Source of the DNA: Lobosporangium transversale
Taxonomy: Eukaryota
NCBI RefSeq assembly: GCF_002105155.1
Contig: NW_019029013.1
Coordinates: 1 to 64,000 of the forward strand
Reading direction: 5' to 3'
DNA: 64,000 nucleotides
Below are positions 40,515-53,300 of this stretch, in pieces (position 1 is the first letter of the stretch; every line of letters begins with the position of its first letter). Below the pieces are notes generated by a model, which worked only from the letters and a program-made list of their open reading frames with translations, did not search any database and was not told where the DNA came from. The position numbers and the translations under genes are program-made.

Positions 40515-41023
40515 GAATTAATCTATTTGGCAGCCTATTTTTTGAGGCAGCCACCTAACTTCACACGCTTAGATGGCAGCTGGGCTGCCAAATAATGTTT
40601 TGGAAAACTAATATGGAAAGGTTGATTGGCCACACACTACGCCTTGTTGCACTCATCATGTAATTACAAATATTAGTGTTTATCAGAAAGAGTAAAACCC
40701 ATATGAATAAGTTGCGCTTCGATGCCTGTTAGCGGCTTCGGATGGAGCGACGAAAATTGGACTTGAAATGAGTGACTTTGCTTACAGCACCAAGGTATCA
40801 ACATGTCCATAAAGAAACACTCCGTTATAATTTTTTTTTTTTTTTTTTTATTTCCACGGGAGGAGCAGTGTAAGTAAGGTGTGTATGGGACCGTGCAAAT
40901 ACCTTTTTTTATGAGGGTGCTATTTGGCAGCTGGGCTGCCAAAGAGAGTTTTCAAAACTGATCATATTTGGTAATGGGCTGCTAAATAATATTTGGCATC
41001 TAGACTGCCAAATAGAATAATCC
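40515..41023. mobile_element. Mutator (MULE)-type non-autonomous element 2, same TIR family
   Basis: TIRs GAATTAATCTATTTGGCAG / CTGCCAAATAGAATAATCC. 9-bp TSD GACCGAGAA at 40506-14 and 41024-32. Confidence 0.88.
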
Positions 41024-41285
41024 GACCGAGAAAACTAAATAAAATCTAGTGTTCGCTCTGATCCACTCTCTATCTTCTTTTTTCTCACTCAGGAACACAT
41101 CCAGCGTATTGAAGTTCCAAATGAGCGAGTATGACACTTCTAATCCAATTATACACTCTCTCCAGAGCCAGCTGGCTACACTCACCGGCCGGCTTGAGGC
41201 TCTCTCGACTAGCTCTGAATCCAGTCGATCTAACCCCTACTTGATTCCAAAAGAACCAGCGTACGAAATTACACCTGACGACTCC

Positions 41286-44200
41286 TGTAAGCGAAATTAC
41301 TGTTATGATTTTGTACGACATAGCATTTCGCCCAATTTTCAAGGGCATTCCTTACAACAGGACGTTAGATAGACTCACTTTTCTATCTCGTTCTGCAGCA
41401 CGAATCCTCTGAATAAAGAAACCTTTATTACACCCTTAGAGCCCCCTAGAATATTACCTTGATTTTTGCATTGGTAGCAAAGGACACCACGACTACATCC
41501 AGAGAACTACAAGTACCCATTGAGTTCCACCCCCGCCATGGAACACTTGGATAACGCCCTTTCGTCCATTGATCTTCCCTGTGAAAACTTTTGGATAGAC
41601 AAGTAGTAATCAGGAATAGAAGTAAGTGAGAATAAGATGTGGGAACACACATCACATCCATGAGGTATTTATTCAAAATCGTATATATCTAAGTGTAACT
41701 ATAAGTTTGTCTACGGGCACCATACATAGAGTAACCACGGTGCAAACGTGAATTACTACGCCCCCACTATGTTCGCACTGTGCCCCCTGCTTGTTACTAT
41801 TTACACATGGGGCGCGTTTTGATAATCTTGTGTACAAAAACTATATTATCTTTTTACATGAATACACATATTAATTTTTATGTAACACGTGTACTGTGAA
41901 ATATGCAACACCCTGAACATTCGCGAAGCCATAGCCACTGCTTTTAATCAGGCTCTCTCTACTGCCAAAGCCAACGAAGCCGCTGAGAATGACCTAGCCA
42001 GAACCCTTGCCACAATCCTTGAGCCACGGAAGCCTACGCCTTATGAAGGAGCTATTAACGCTGTTGCTGCAATAAACTTTGTCGACAGCCTGGAGGAGCA
42101 TTATACCATTGTCACTCTCACACCATCCAAATGGGTTCGATACGCTGTCCTTAGTCTCAATCGCGAAGCCAAGGCATGGTGGAGAGACTCCGGGTTGAAT
42201 CTCGATACACCTTGGGTTGACTTCCGTAAAGCGTTCCTCCGTCAGTTCACCCCTCCAGACTCTGCGAATGCAGCTCGCCGTGAGTTGGATAAACTTCGCC
42301 AAGGAAGGATGAGTGTGGCAGCGTATACGAGCAAGTTTAGAAGCCACCTACGTCTGGCTACAAATCTCGACAAAGACTCTGCTTTGCAAAAATACATGCT
42401 AGGCCTCGAGCCCGAAACAAGCAAGCAGGTAAGACTTAGACAGCCAGAGACGTTGGACGATGCCATTGAGCAGGCGACCATTATCCATAACATTCTACCT
42501 CCCGTCGATGCCACTCCTGTGTCCGCTGCCCCGAACGCCTTATCACCCATCATGAGAATAATTCTGGCCGTACACCAATGGAGCTTGATAACATGAGAGT
42601 GTTGGTTGCCAACCTTTACACCTCTTTCCATCAGCAACGACCAAACAGAAACCACTCCAGCCAAGCTCGCTACCCAAGCTCATAACAGCTGAACGAGAAC
42701 GCTGCGTCCGTGAGGGACGTTGTTTCAGATGCCGGAACCGAGGCCATAGAGCCGAACAATGCCAACTTACCTCTGTCTTCAATATAGAAAACAATGACCA
42801 TACGCTTTCTGAGTCGGGAAAAGAGGAGGGCGAGCAGTAAGCCAGGCCAGCCTCGCCCCCTCTAACCTCAGCCTTCAAGCCCTGGATAACTCACAGGCAA
42901 GCAAGGTGGATGGAACTGCTTCAAGAGTATGATTTCGTATTCAAGCACAAACCTGGTAAAGATAACGTCTTTCCTGATGCTCTTTCACGAAGACCTGACC
43001 TCAAGGACTTGGAGGCTACCCCTACTACTTTGAACTCGTTGGATATCAATCTGGACCCTGGCATTCGGAAACAACTGGCCAGTTGCTACCTACACGATCT
43101 AATTCTAGGTCCCCTCGTGCATCAGTACAAGGATGCTTCCACCTCGGATCGTTACTTTGTGGTTGATGGTCTACTCTGGATCAACGCTGGACAAGGCCCT
43201 CGCCTCTGCATACCAAGGACGACGGACTCCGTTCACAACTCTTGCATGACGCTCACGACGCTCCTATATCAGGCCACTTGGGATTCGATAAAACGTACAG
43301 TAGCATGCGGCGAACATATTTTTGACCACGCATGGCGAGAGATATAAAAAAATTCATTGCTTCCTGTGAACAACGCCAGCGTAACAAGCCTTCACTAAAG
43401 CCTCCTGCAGGGCTTTTCCAACCTTTGGCAATCCCAAGTCAACGATGGGATACTGTAACAATGGACTTCATTGTCAAGCTTCCGAAGACAACCAGAGGTT
43501 ATGACGCGATCATAGTCTTTGTGGACAAACTGTCCAAGCAAGTTCATTTCTCCGCTAGCTGAACTACCGACACAGCCTCTGACGTTGCACGACTCTTTTT
43601 CGACAATGTTTTTAGACTGCACGACATGCCTCGGACAATTGTATCAGACCGAGATTCGCGCTTCACTGGCAAGTTATGGACAACGTTGATGAAACTCATG
43701 GGCACCAAACTTAACATGTCTACTGCCTTTCATCTACAATCAGACGGACAAACAGAGCGTGCCAACAGAACACTAGAAGAAATGCTCCGCTCTTACATAT
43801 CGTACAAGCAAAACGACTGGGATCTTTTACTGCCTATGATGCAGTTCGCATACAACAACTCTGTTGATCCTACGACAGGTTTCTCTCCGTTCTTTCTGAA
43901 CTATGGCTACCATCCATTAGTCCCTGGATCTCTTTTAAAGCCGCCTGATACCAATGTTCCAGCTGTCAGTGATTTTGTTCGAACCCAGTCGATGAATTTG
44001 GCGCTAGCTCAGGATGGCATCATCGAAGCGCAGAATAGGCAAAAGGCTCAAGCGGACAAAACTCGTCAGGCTGCTACATTTGCTGTGGGTGACATGGTGC
44101 TCTTAAGCTCGGAAAACATCTCTGGCGCCGGACATAAAAACAGATCGTCGCAGAAACTGGAACCTGAATACATAGGCCCTTACAAGATCATTTCCAAGGT

Positions 44201-44432
44201 CAACGAAAACGCCTACAGGTTGGAATTACCACCTGACATGCATCAGCATCCGGTTTTTAATGCCGATCTGCTTCGCCCTACATTGAGTTATCTCGTGAAT
44301 TCGGCGGCCGCTCACCACTACGCCCTGCCCCTGAGCTTGTAGAAGGAGAGGAGGAGTATGAAGTCGACAAAATCATTGACTTCAAAATGTTTGGCAAGAC
44401 CTCTAAGCAGCTCGTTCTTTGGAAGGGCTATC
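41286..44432 (+). mobile_element. Degenerate, internally deleted Ty3/Gypsy chromovirus
   Basis: LTR 41286-41470, then PBS TGGTAGCAAAGGA. Gag at 41889-42840 (AKAWW, LRQG..SVAAY, CFRC..GH..C) runs almost directly into the RNase H end (WMELLQEYDF..DALSR). Frameshifted integrase (MDFIVKLP, IVSDRD, DGQTER, IGPYKI) and a truncated chromodomain (YEVDKI..LVLWKGY). Confidence 0.9.
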
Positions 44433-44630
44433 TGCAAAAGTCAAATAGTATTCTAGGGGATCTAAGGTTGTAACAAAGGTGTCTTTTATTCAGGGAATTT
44501 CTGCTGCAGGACTAGATAGAAAAGTGAGTCTATTTATACCAGCTAACGTCCTGCTGCAAGGAATGCTCTAGAAAATTGGGCGAAATGCTGTGTCGTACAG
44601 TACAAAATCATAATAGCAATTTCGCTTGCA
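44433..44630 (-). repeat. LTR of the same family as 41286-41470, in inverted orientation
   Basis: Reverse complement reads TGCAAGCGAAATTGCTATTATGATTTTGTAC...GCATTTCGCCCAATTTTC...ATAGACTCACTTTTCTATCT...GACTTTTGCA, collinear with 41286-41470. Confidence 0.9.
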
Positions 44631-44827
44631 TGCCTGCTGATGTTAATTTCAAATATTGGAAGAGATAAATCCATTGCAGACGACTTTAATTGAACGGGGT
44701 AGTGTAAGCTGTAGATTAGCCCTGTTGCTACGATCAACTGAAATTATAAACACCTCCTATTTATTTCTTTATGTTGCGATGGGCCGTAAGCTTAAGGGAC
44801 AACTATAGTTATAAACACTTAGAATAG

Positions 44828-47391
44828 TTAAGAAATAAACAACTTCTTGATTTCTTTAACTTTCGTCATGTTGGCTTTTGGTAATTTTTGGGTCAAGAAA
44901 GTAGCAAGGCTCTCCAGTACAGTGTTGAGCTCAGAGTTTTCAATGATTGGGATTGATTGTACACCAGGTGTGAAGAGTGCATGGATACTTTGTATTAACC
45001 TAAGAACCTCACTGGAGGGCTTGCAATGGGGGAGTGCACGCTTCACATCATCCAGTCTGAGAACAGCACATTCTCCATCGACAATCACCGATTTTCCGAC
45101 TCCATTAAGAATTATACCAGCTGCAAAGCTCGAACCCTTAACATTGCTGTGGTTCGCAAAAGTAAAAACAGTAATTGGCTGGAACAATGTGGAATCAGTG
45201 AGTGGTCCAGAACGCCTTGACAATTGGTAAGTGTCCATCAGGTGAAACTTTGTCCTCACTTGTCGTAGTTGCTCGGTTCCCATCTGTCTGGTGATTTTTT
45301 CGCAAGTCAAGTTTTCCATCTTTTCAACTTGTTGTAGGCGCTCTTTGTCAAGGAAGATCCTGATGTACTTCGATTCGCTCTCAGAAATGTTGAAATTTTG
45401 TGTGATTCCGCCAGCTGAAATTGACTCTACACACTTGATGTCGAGACGCAAACAACTGGTGACTAAGATATCACACTTGAATGTCCCAATTACGAGGTGC
45501 TTCCCACCACTCCTTTCCATTGTAATTGGACGAACGCCAAAGTAATGGTCCTCACCGGTTGTCTTTGGCATGGATGTTTCTTTGGGAACATCCTTCACTA
45601 TCCCTGTTTGTTCATGATGAGAATCATGGAGTCTTCCTCTTCCATAGACCTCCACCTCGTTAATGAGGAGGAGTGTTTCACTCCTTGAGTTAAGGAGTAG
45701 TGTCCCTGATAACAAATGACTTGCAATATGGCAGGCCTGAGGTGTTCGCTCCCATGAAAGGTTTAATTGCTCACTCGTTGAATCTGTCAATTCCGTGAAG
45801 GACCTTTTATTGATAGCTTCCGCAAATGGCGAGTGGCGGAGAATTCCCTCGATCGATGGAGGAACTGCATCGGATCGTTCGTTCTCCTGAATTTTCCATG
45901 GAGGCAGGTATCCAGAGGCATGGACAGATTTATTGACTAAAGCAAGGACAGATGCTGTTGGGAGTGAATGATAAACTGTTTCTGAAACAAGAGCATCAAA
46001 CTCACATCCAGAGATGGATATCCCCATTGGAAATTGTCCCATTCTGTCAGAATAATACAGCATCTTTTGCTTTTCCTGTTCTGATGATGACTCCAGTCCA
46101 CATGCGTGTATCAGAGCTTCGTTAAATGGACGCCAACTCTGAGGTGGCCGAGCCGACTGAAAGGATGGGACAGGGTGGGCGTCTGAATCTCTTTTGGCTT
46201 CATACTGCGTGTAACACGATTGGGACCCGAACAAATGCTTTCGGAAGCCAGATTTCGTCTCGAATGAGGCTTTACACTCCTTGCAGTAAAATTGACCATC
46301 ACCGCTTCTTCTTATAACCAGACACCTCTTTCCCAAGGCAACAACGCCATCAACGGTATGACAATCACCGATATGGACAGTGAGCTTTCGGATAGACTCA
46401 AATGTTCGTATCTTCGAACAATAATCACACACGATCTTCTCGATCTCCTTATCATCAACGACATCATCTTCAGATCCAACATCATTACTCTCTGAAAGTA
46501 CTGTAATTGAGTCATCGTTTCTCCGTTTCTTTGAGCAACGCCTAAAGGGAAAGAAAAGACTGAATATTAGTGCGTGGACAAGCAAAAAAAAAAAAAAAAA
46601 AAAAATCCTGAGTGGACAAGACAAGCAAAATAAAAAATTAATCTTGCATGGACAAACGAAATAAAAAATTAATCTTGCATGGACAAACAAAATAAAAATT
46701 ATTCTTGCATGGACAAGCAAAATAAAAAATTAATCTTGTATGGACAAACAAAATAAAAAATTAATCTTGCATGGACAAACAAAATAAAAAATTAATCTTG
46801 CATGGACAAGCAAATAAAAATTAATCTTGCATGGACAAGCAAATAAAAATTAATCTTGCATGGACAAGCAAAATAAAAATTAATCTTGTATGGACAAACA
46901 AAATAAAAAATTAATCTTGCATGGACAAACGAAATAAAAATTAATCTTGCATGGACAAGCAAAATAAAAATTAATCTTGCTTGGACAAGCAAAATAAAAA
47001 ATTAATCTTGTATGGACAAACAAAATAAAAAATTATTCTTGCATGGACAAACGAAATAAAAAATTAATCTTGCATGGACAAACAAAATAAAAATTATTCT
47101 TGTATGGACAAGCAAAATAAAAAATTAATCTTGCATGGACAAACAAAATAAAAATTATTCTTGTATGGACAAGCAAAATAAAAAATTAATCTTGCATGGA
47201 CAAACAAAATAAAAAATTATTCTTGCATGGACAAACGAAATAAAAAATTATTCTTGCATGGACAAGCAAATAAAAATTATTCTTGCATGGACAAGTAAAA
47301 TAAAAATTATTCTTGCGTGGACAAGCAAAATAAAAAATCCTGCGTGGACAAGCAAATAACAAAGGAGGACTTCTTACATTAAACTAGCCAT
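44828..47391 (-). CDS. Zinc-finger protein (two C2H2/C2HC-like motifs) with uncharacterised C-terminal domain
   Basis: Exon 1 47391-47378 (ATGGCTAGTTTAAT), intron 47377-46542 (GTAAGA..ACTAAT..TTAG), exon 2 46541-44828 in frame: MASLMRCSKKRRNDD...CDYC..H..CH...CKEC..HL..C. Confidence 0.75.
46575..47357. repeat. Minisatellite, 29-31 bp unit, about 25 copies
   Basis: Unit approximately GGACAARCAAAATAAAAAATTAWTCTTGYAT. Confidence 0.97.
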
Positions 47392-47904
47392 GTCTTAGAC
47401 TGCCGCAACAAGGGGACAACAGTTGTTGCAGAGAAAGCTGAAAATAAAAAGACAGTGGGCAGATTCGAAAATAACAAAAAAATAATAACAATAATATGTG
47501 GGCTAGTGGGCAACAGCTGTAGAAGAGAGTGACAACTGCCGAGAGAGAGAAAAAAAAAAGAGATGGCAGCTAAAATAAGGTAACGCCTGTTGCAGAGAGA
47601 GAAAAAAAAAAGAGACGAGAGGATACACCTGTTGAAGGTAAGGTAACAGCTGCCGCGAAGATAAAACGTGTTGAAGAAATAAGGAATAGAAAAGTGGTGA
47701 GCTGTGGAACAGTGACAAAAAGAAGCACAAACCAAATTTTTTCTCTGGGAGGCGCAGACAATAAACAACGTGAGAAAAAAATGAAATGAAGGACAAACTC
47801 TCAGTTCTGATCTCGGCAGGATGTTTATCCGCAGTAAGTACATGTACACCATGTTCTGCATCTCGTACGTTTACACCAGACCACTGTTGGAAGAAGCTGC
47901 TCTG

Positions 47905-48300
47905 CTGCGATGAAAAAATTTGTTTTTACTCTCGACCGGCCACTTTGAACTGTGACATCTCCTCAAATACTGGGACCTGAGGCCTGGGGCCTAGATCATT
48001 CGAAAGAGGATACTCGGGGCTATCGATCAGTCAAATTCCAAAAAATCGGACACGACGCCCTAAGTGCAAGATCTCTCCAAGTGCAAACCATGATAAGAAC
48101 CGGCTGCTAAGATCATCAAGCACTTAGAGAAAGTAGCTTTACTGAGATGAAAAAAAAAAATTATTGTTTTTACTCTCGACCGGGCACTTTAAGCTTCCAT
48201 AGCTCCTCAAATACTGGGAACTGAGGCCTGGGGTCTGGATCATTCGAAAGAGAATACCCAGAGCTACCGATCCGCCAAATTTCGAAAAATCCGACACGAC
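47905..48300. repeat. Two ~150-bp imperfect direct repeats (third, degenerate copy ~48340-48470)
   Basis: TTGTTTTTACTCTCGACCGG.CACTTT...CTCCTCAAATACTGGGA.CTGAGGCCTGGGG..GATCATTCGAAAGAG...AAAAATC.GACACGAC at ~47905-48056 and ~48142-48300. Confidence 0.9.
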
Positions 48301-50310
48301 AACCCCCCTTTGCCATTAAATACATCGCTAGAAAAAATCTGAAACAAAAATTTCATCATGTCACCTCTGTATCACATTAATTTACTCATTCAAGATTGGG
48401 ACCTGGGGCCTGAGATTTCAAGCACTTTAAGGGAATACAGAGTTCTCACAGTTAGTGAAAATGCGAAACTGAGTCAATGGTTCATTCCAATGTAAATTTC
48501 TTTTTTTCATTTCTAGAAACCGTATATGCATACAACTCTCATACTTTGCTTTAATAAGCTCTCGTCTACGTCATAGGTTGTGACATTGGCTTGTCTCATT
48601 TGGAAAGCTAATGACTTTTTTGTTCATTGTATCGTTTATTTATTGGCGGATGTAATATAACAGCGATAATATTCGCTGCCGTAGTATCGACTTGAAAGGA
48701 GGGCAATCTGAGTTGATTCAATCTACCGCACCATGGAGCTTGACTAACTTGATCTTTTCCTGTACAGCTCGGCAAGACTTGATTTGTCACATCGTTTGCT
48801 TTCTCGTCTTCTTGCGTTCCCTTAATATATCTGGGTTGGTAAACACTGCTAATAGAGTTTGCTGGGCCTGTTGAAACCAGAGGGAACCACAGCAACATAT
48901 CATACCCAAGGTGATACAAATATCTCTGTTGGAGTGAATGGTGAACTGTGTGTGGTTCAAATGTAGTGGACATAAACGGCGAAAGAATGCATCGAAGGCA
49001 TGCAAACGGTTATGAGAGCAAGGAAGAAGGGGTTGGTATGCCTGTTCAAGTCCTTGGCAACAGAGCATGAGTAGCAGTTATGATCACAAGTTGATTTCGG
49101 TGAGTCAGCATAACAATGGTATAGTTTCAAGACCCTATCATCCACGCACAGCATTGCATTATTGTTGTGTTCAGACCTGGCACCAATCATGCGAGGTATT
49201 TCTTTTTCTAAGGGTTCCTTGTGTAAAACGGCCAGACAAAAAGCTTAAAAGACATACAGACACAACGGTGAAAAAATGAATGTGAGCAAACAGTTGCTAT
49301 GCTTATTTGTTGTCTGCACATGCCTTCTTTCATCGCAGGCTTTTTTTTATTGTTTCGAAAATATTTGGCAAATATTGTTTCCTTTTTTGTTCGTCAATCA
49401 CTGTGTGCACGAACATGCACCAGGTTATTGAAGTGTCTCTTTGGTTTCTGTACATGGATAAACACATTTTGCATCGCGGCGTTTTTTTTTTGTTTTCTGC
49501 AATTCCAAAACATATGCGTTTTCCATTAGTGCCTCCAGAAGAAATAAACAAACTTTATTTTGGCGGCCACTCCACAATCATGCCATGGTTATAATAATCC
49601 CTTGGAAAGGATCAAACGCGTCGGTATTAATCTCGCTTCTGTAATTCTAGATGCATATATTTTGGCGATTGGTATCAACTATCAAATTCAGACCTACACA
49701 CACCAAACGACCGCTAAAAACCACCACTCTCGCTTCTGCTCTCCCTCCATCCACAAGGCGCTGCACAATATCACCATTAACAAGGCACCGTGCACTAAGA
49801 AAGGGTGCTTAGATAGCTTTTACTCCAAGCAATAAGCGCATGCAACTACATCACTCCTATCTCCGCCATTGATGCCGAAGCCTGAGAGCTAACGAATATC
49901 TCTGCTTTAACGCAATAGTGCTGGAGCTGTTGGAGCAAAGAGCGACATCTGAACCCATTCTCTGATAAAAAAGACTTTTTTTTCTCTTGTTGTTACCTTT
50001 GACAAGGATGTAATTACTTGTTCCAAAAAACTATATGAGACAATGTTAAAATTCATCATCAATCCAGGATATAAAAAGAGATCATTGTCTTACTCCTTTC
50101 CCGCTCGCTCACTCCAAAGTCCCATCCCTTTTACCACTGCTACTTGTTCCTGTATCTTTTTCTCAATATTCTTTATCTATTCACTATGGATCTTTAAACC
50201 ATAAAAAGCTCATTCATTTATACCTTTGTCGTTCTTTTTTTTTTCTTTTTCATTTCTTTTCATCACCGCCATTTTTCCTTTTTCCTTTCTCTTTCGCTTA
50301 GATATTGACC

Positions 50311-53300
50311 ATGGGGCTGAAGTCCTTCTTCAAACTGGTTGCGGATCGTGGGATTTTACCTTCGGAGACTGACGTGGGCACTTTCTTGGCGGCAAATCCT
50401 GACCATTCTGTTCATGTAGATCTTCTCAGTACGTTTTATTACGACATCCACCGTAGAGTCGTCCATGCTAAGATGAAAAACAAACCCAACGTTGATGTAG
50501 GAAGGTCCCTGGCTCTCGAGATAAAGGATCCTTTCATAACGGACAATCTGACTATACATATTGATGGGAGACCTTGTACTGAGAAAGAAACAGCAAGGAC
50601 AGAACGGCAAGCCATAAGACAAAAAAATATGGACGTTTTGGAGAACGATATGAGCACTTTCGAGAGAAATTCTCGGAGTGGGGTATGGATTCGCCCTCAA
50701 GTCATGAGGCGCATCCAGAAGGGTCTTTGAGATGTCCACACCCTGAGCGTCCAGGACAAGAATCAGCTGGCAACAGGCCTTGGCTCTGTCTTCGATGGCT
50801 GTCTGTGTGCAGATGAAGCGGATCCATGCATAGGGCGCCATAATGAGGAGAATGATAGGATCGTGATATCCCAAGACTCTAATTTTTTTGCGTACGAACG
50901 AGTCTGCATCCTAGTGCGACCCTTCCACACCGTAGACGGAGGTTTGGGGTTTACGATGTAGACAACGTTATCCAATCACTAAGACTGCCATCACACGAAC
51001 ATCTGGTGCTATTCTGTGCCATCGCAGGCAATGACTACTCAAGGAATCTCGAGATGTTGGGCCCGATTAATAACCTTCGATTAATTCGAAAGGTTGCACG
51101 GAGCAAGCACTACAATAGAATGCTTCGAGACTACCTAAGGGAAGCTAGTAAGGTGTTGGGAAGGGATGCAGCCTCTAAAGAAGGCCGTTTCAGAGTAGCT
51201 TTCCGCGTTTTTACTTCCGGCCATCAAACGTCTGCCCAAGCGTTATCATCGAACAATGAGTTCGATAACTTCAAGCAGCGTCTACTCAATGGAAAGGATC
51301 TTCGCCATAGAATGGCTCAGCAAAGGCGAGCGCAGCGCCGCAGAACGTAAGAAAGCTCAAGCTATAGTTTTTGTCTTGAAACCAAACGTCCCCAATACTA
51401 ATCGTTAGTCCCTTTCTCGGATATTGTAGAGACGCACTATCATTCTATATAGCGGAAGGGTCACATAGAAACCAGCTGCGGCCCATCTTTTCTGACAAGC
51501 CGAGTATATCGAATCGGCGCACAGTTGCTATCAGTAACTGCCGTAAGCACGATAGGCCGGGCCTTAAGCATCCACCACGTCGGAGAAAGGTAAAAAAGAA
51601 GCAACAGAAAAAACAAAAGCGGAAGCACAAAGACAAGAAGCCTCACAGGGCTAAAAAAGAAGGTGCACCAATTAGGAACTTGAAGGATGCTACGAAGGTT
51701 GATCACAGCTACAGCAGTAAGCACCTTATCAAGGCCTTAACAATTGGGTCCCTCAAGGCTTCCATGGCAAGGAAAGGCAGACTGGACGCAGATGAAAGGG
51801 ATAATATTGCAAGCCAGATTCGAGGGGCAGTTGTTGTCTTCAACCGACTACGCCGCTATGCATACTGGACGATTGCCTTGGACATTGAGAGGATCATGCG
51901 GCTACCAGGGGCAGCAAGGTCGAGGAAAAAGGCACTGGACGAGGTCTTGGATAGCACTGACTGTTCCTTCCGTCTCGCCACCCTTCTTTTAAGTGGTCAA
52001 GGTGGCCCCAATTCAGCTTACGCGAGGGCAAAAAACCAAGGAAGGGCGGTAGAAACGCCTCACTATCTCCTCGCTTATGAACATTTCAAGACCACCACTG
52101 AACTTTCCCCAATAAAGGAAATAGACATCACATTGGGGGACGTGCAAGGCTTTGATCCCAAAAAGCACTACAGGAACGCAATTGTATAACCTTGTGTAGG
52201 TATTTTCATGCATATTCTGCAATCAAATCTCTCTATTTAGACTCTTTTATTTTTTTATTTTTATTTTTTTTTCTAGTTTGATGTCGAGAAAACAAACGAG
52301 CGACATTGAGTTTTTTTGCGGGAGAATAAAAAAGTGAAAAAATACTCAGACTTTCCTACGTCCCCCTGCTCACCCGGGTATGTGTATCTGTCTGAACACG
52401 CCCTAGTTGACATCCTTTGGGCGAACGAAGATACCAAGCAGCTGCTGGAGCGTATTCTGCCTCCCAATAATCCCTCCAAGACTGCAATGTTTGAGTGTGT
52501 ACATACAGGGAATAAAAGGGGTTTTGATACAGGCTCTCTTTTGTGACATTGGTTCATGGATATCGAGATAAAGTATCCCTGCAGTCACAGGACAAAGATA
52601 TAACTCGGTTCAAACTCAAAGGAACGATTTCTACCAACGGTCTAGTCCTGAATCTACTTGCCTATGACACAACCCAGACGAAGAGACAGCAGCAGTCTGA
52701 CGTAGATGAAGAAGACGCCAGCCAAGAACTGGAGCTTTCTCAGGGATTTCTCAACACGATGTGTTCAAAGGCAGCCGGTGAAGTCCTGGCAGATGAAGAC
52801 TACGTAAACACAAACTGGAAGAGGAGCTCCAAACTGCTTGAAAATGTTGAGCTCACATTCAACGAGCCAGAGCGATGCCCATCCGCAAACACCACAACTA
52901 TCGTCGGATGCGATCCTGGTATGGTTAACGCCCTTACGTTTTCCTCGCTGGACCCTCACAACCCTAATTTGCGGCAAACGGTAAAGGTGAGGAGCAGGTT
53001 CTTGTACCTCCCCGTCCTCCGCTTCAATCACCTGTTGAACAAAAGGAAGCGTGAAAAAGGAATGATTGAGGTTGAGAGCGCCATCCCTGTGTTTGGAAGG
53101 GATACGTACAATAAGTACTTTCAATGGATGAACGAGGAGTCCCAGACACAGACAGGATCAAAGAATTTGGATGTGCTTCAAGAGTTCTACGAGTCCAGTT
53201 GGCACCTGAAAAAAAAATGGGACCTATGAAAGGCTCAACGAGTTACGTTCAACTACGTGGTGCAGCGAGTGTTGAAGATGCTCGGGGAAAAAGGAGTGCT

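Noticed and set aside
44631..44827. Left terminus (TIR/TSD) of a Fanzor-carrying transposon
   Set aside because: No inverted repeat or duplication matching the 53750-54000 region could be found by eye.
46542..46720. N-terminal 60 aa of the 630-aa ORF (MLVHARIIF...)
   Set aside because: Translation of minisatellite/intron sequence; a splice acceptor at 46542 and an upstream micro-exon explain the real start.
46575..47357. CRISPR-like array
   Set aside because: Units are contiguous with no unique spacers, the context is eukaryotic, and the array lies within an intron.
48600..49960. Short Cys/His-containing ORFs between the zinc-finger and Fanzor genes
   Set aside because: No consistent frame or recognisable domain; cannot be supported without a search.
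50728..50730. TGA recoding (alternative genetic code or selenocysteine) in the Fanzor gene
   Set aside because: Several frameshifts co-occur, so ordinary decay (for example CGA>TGA) is the simpler explanation.
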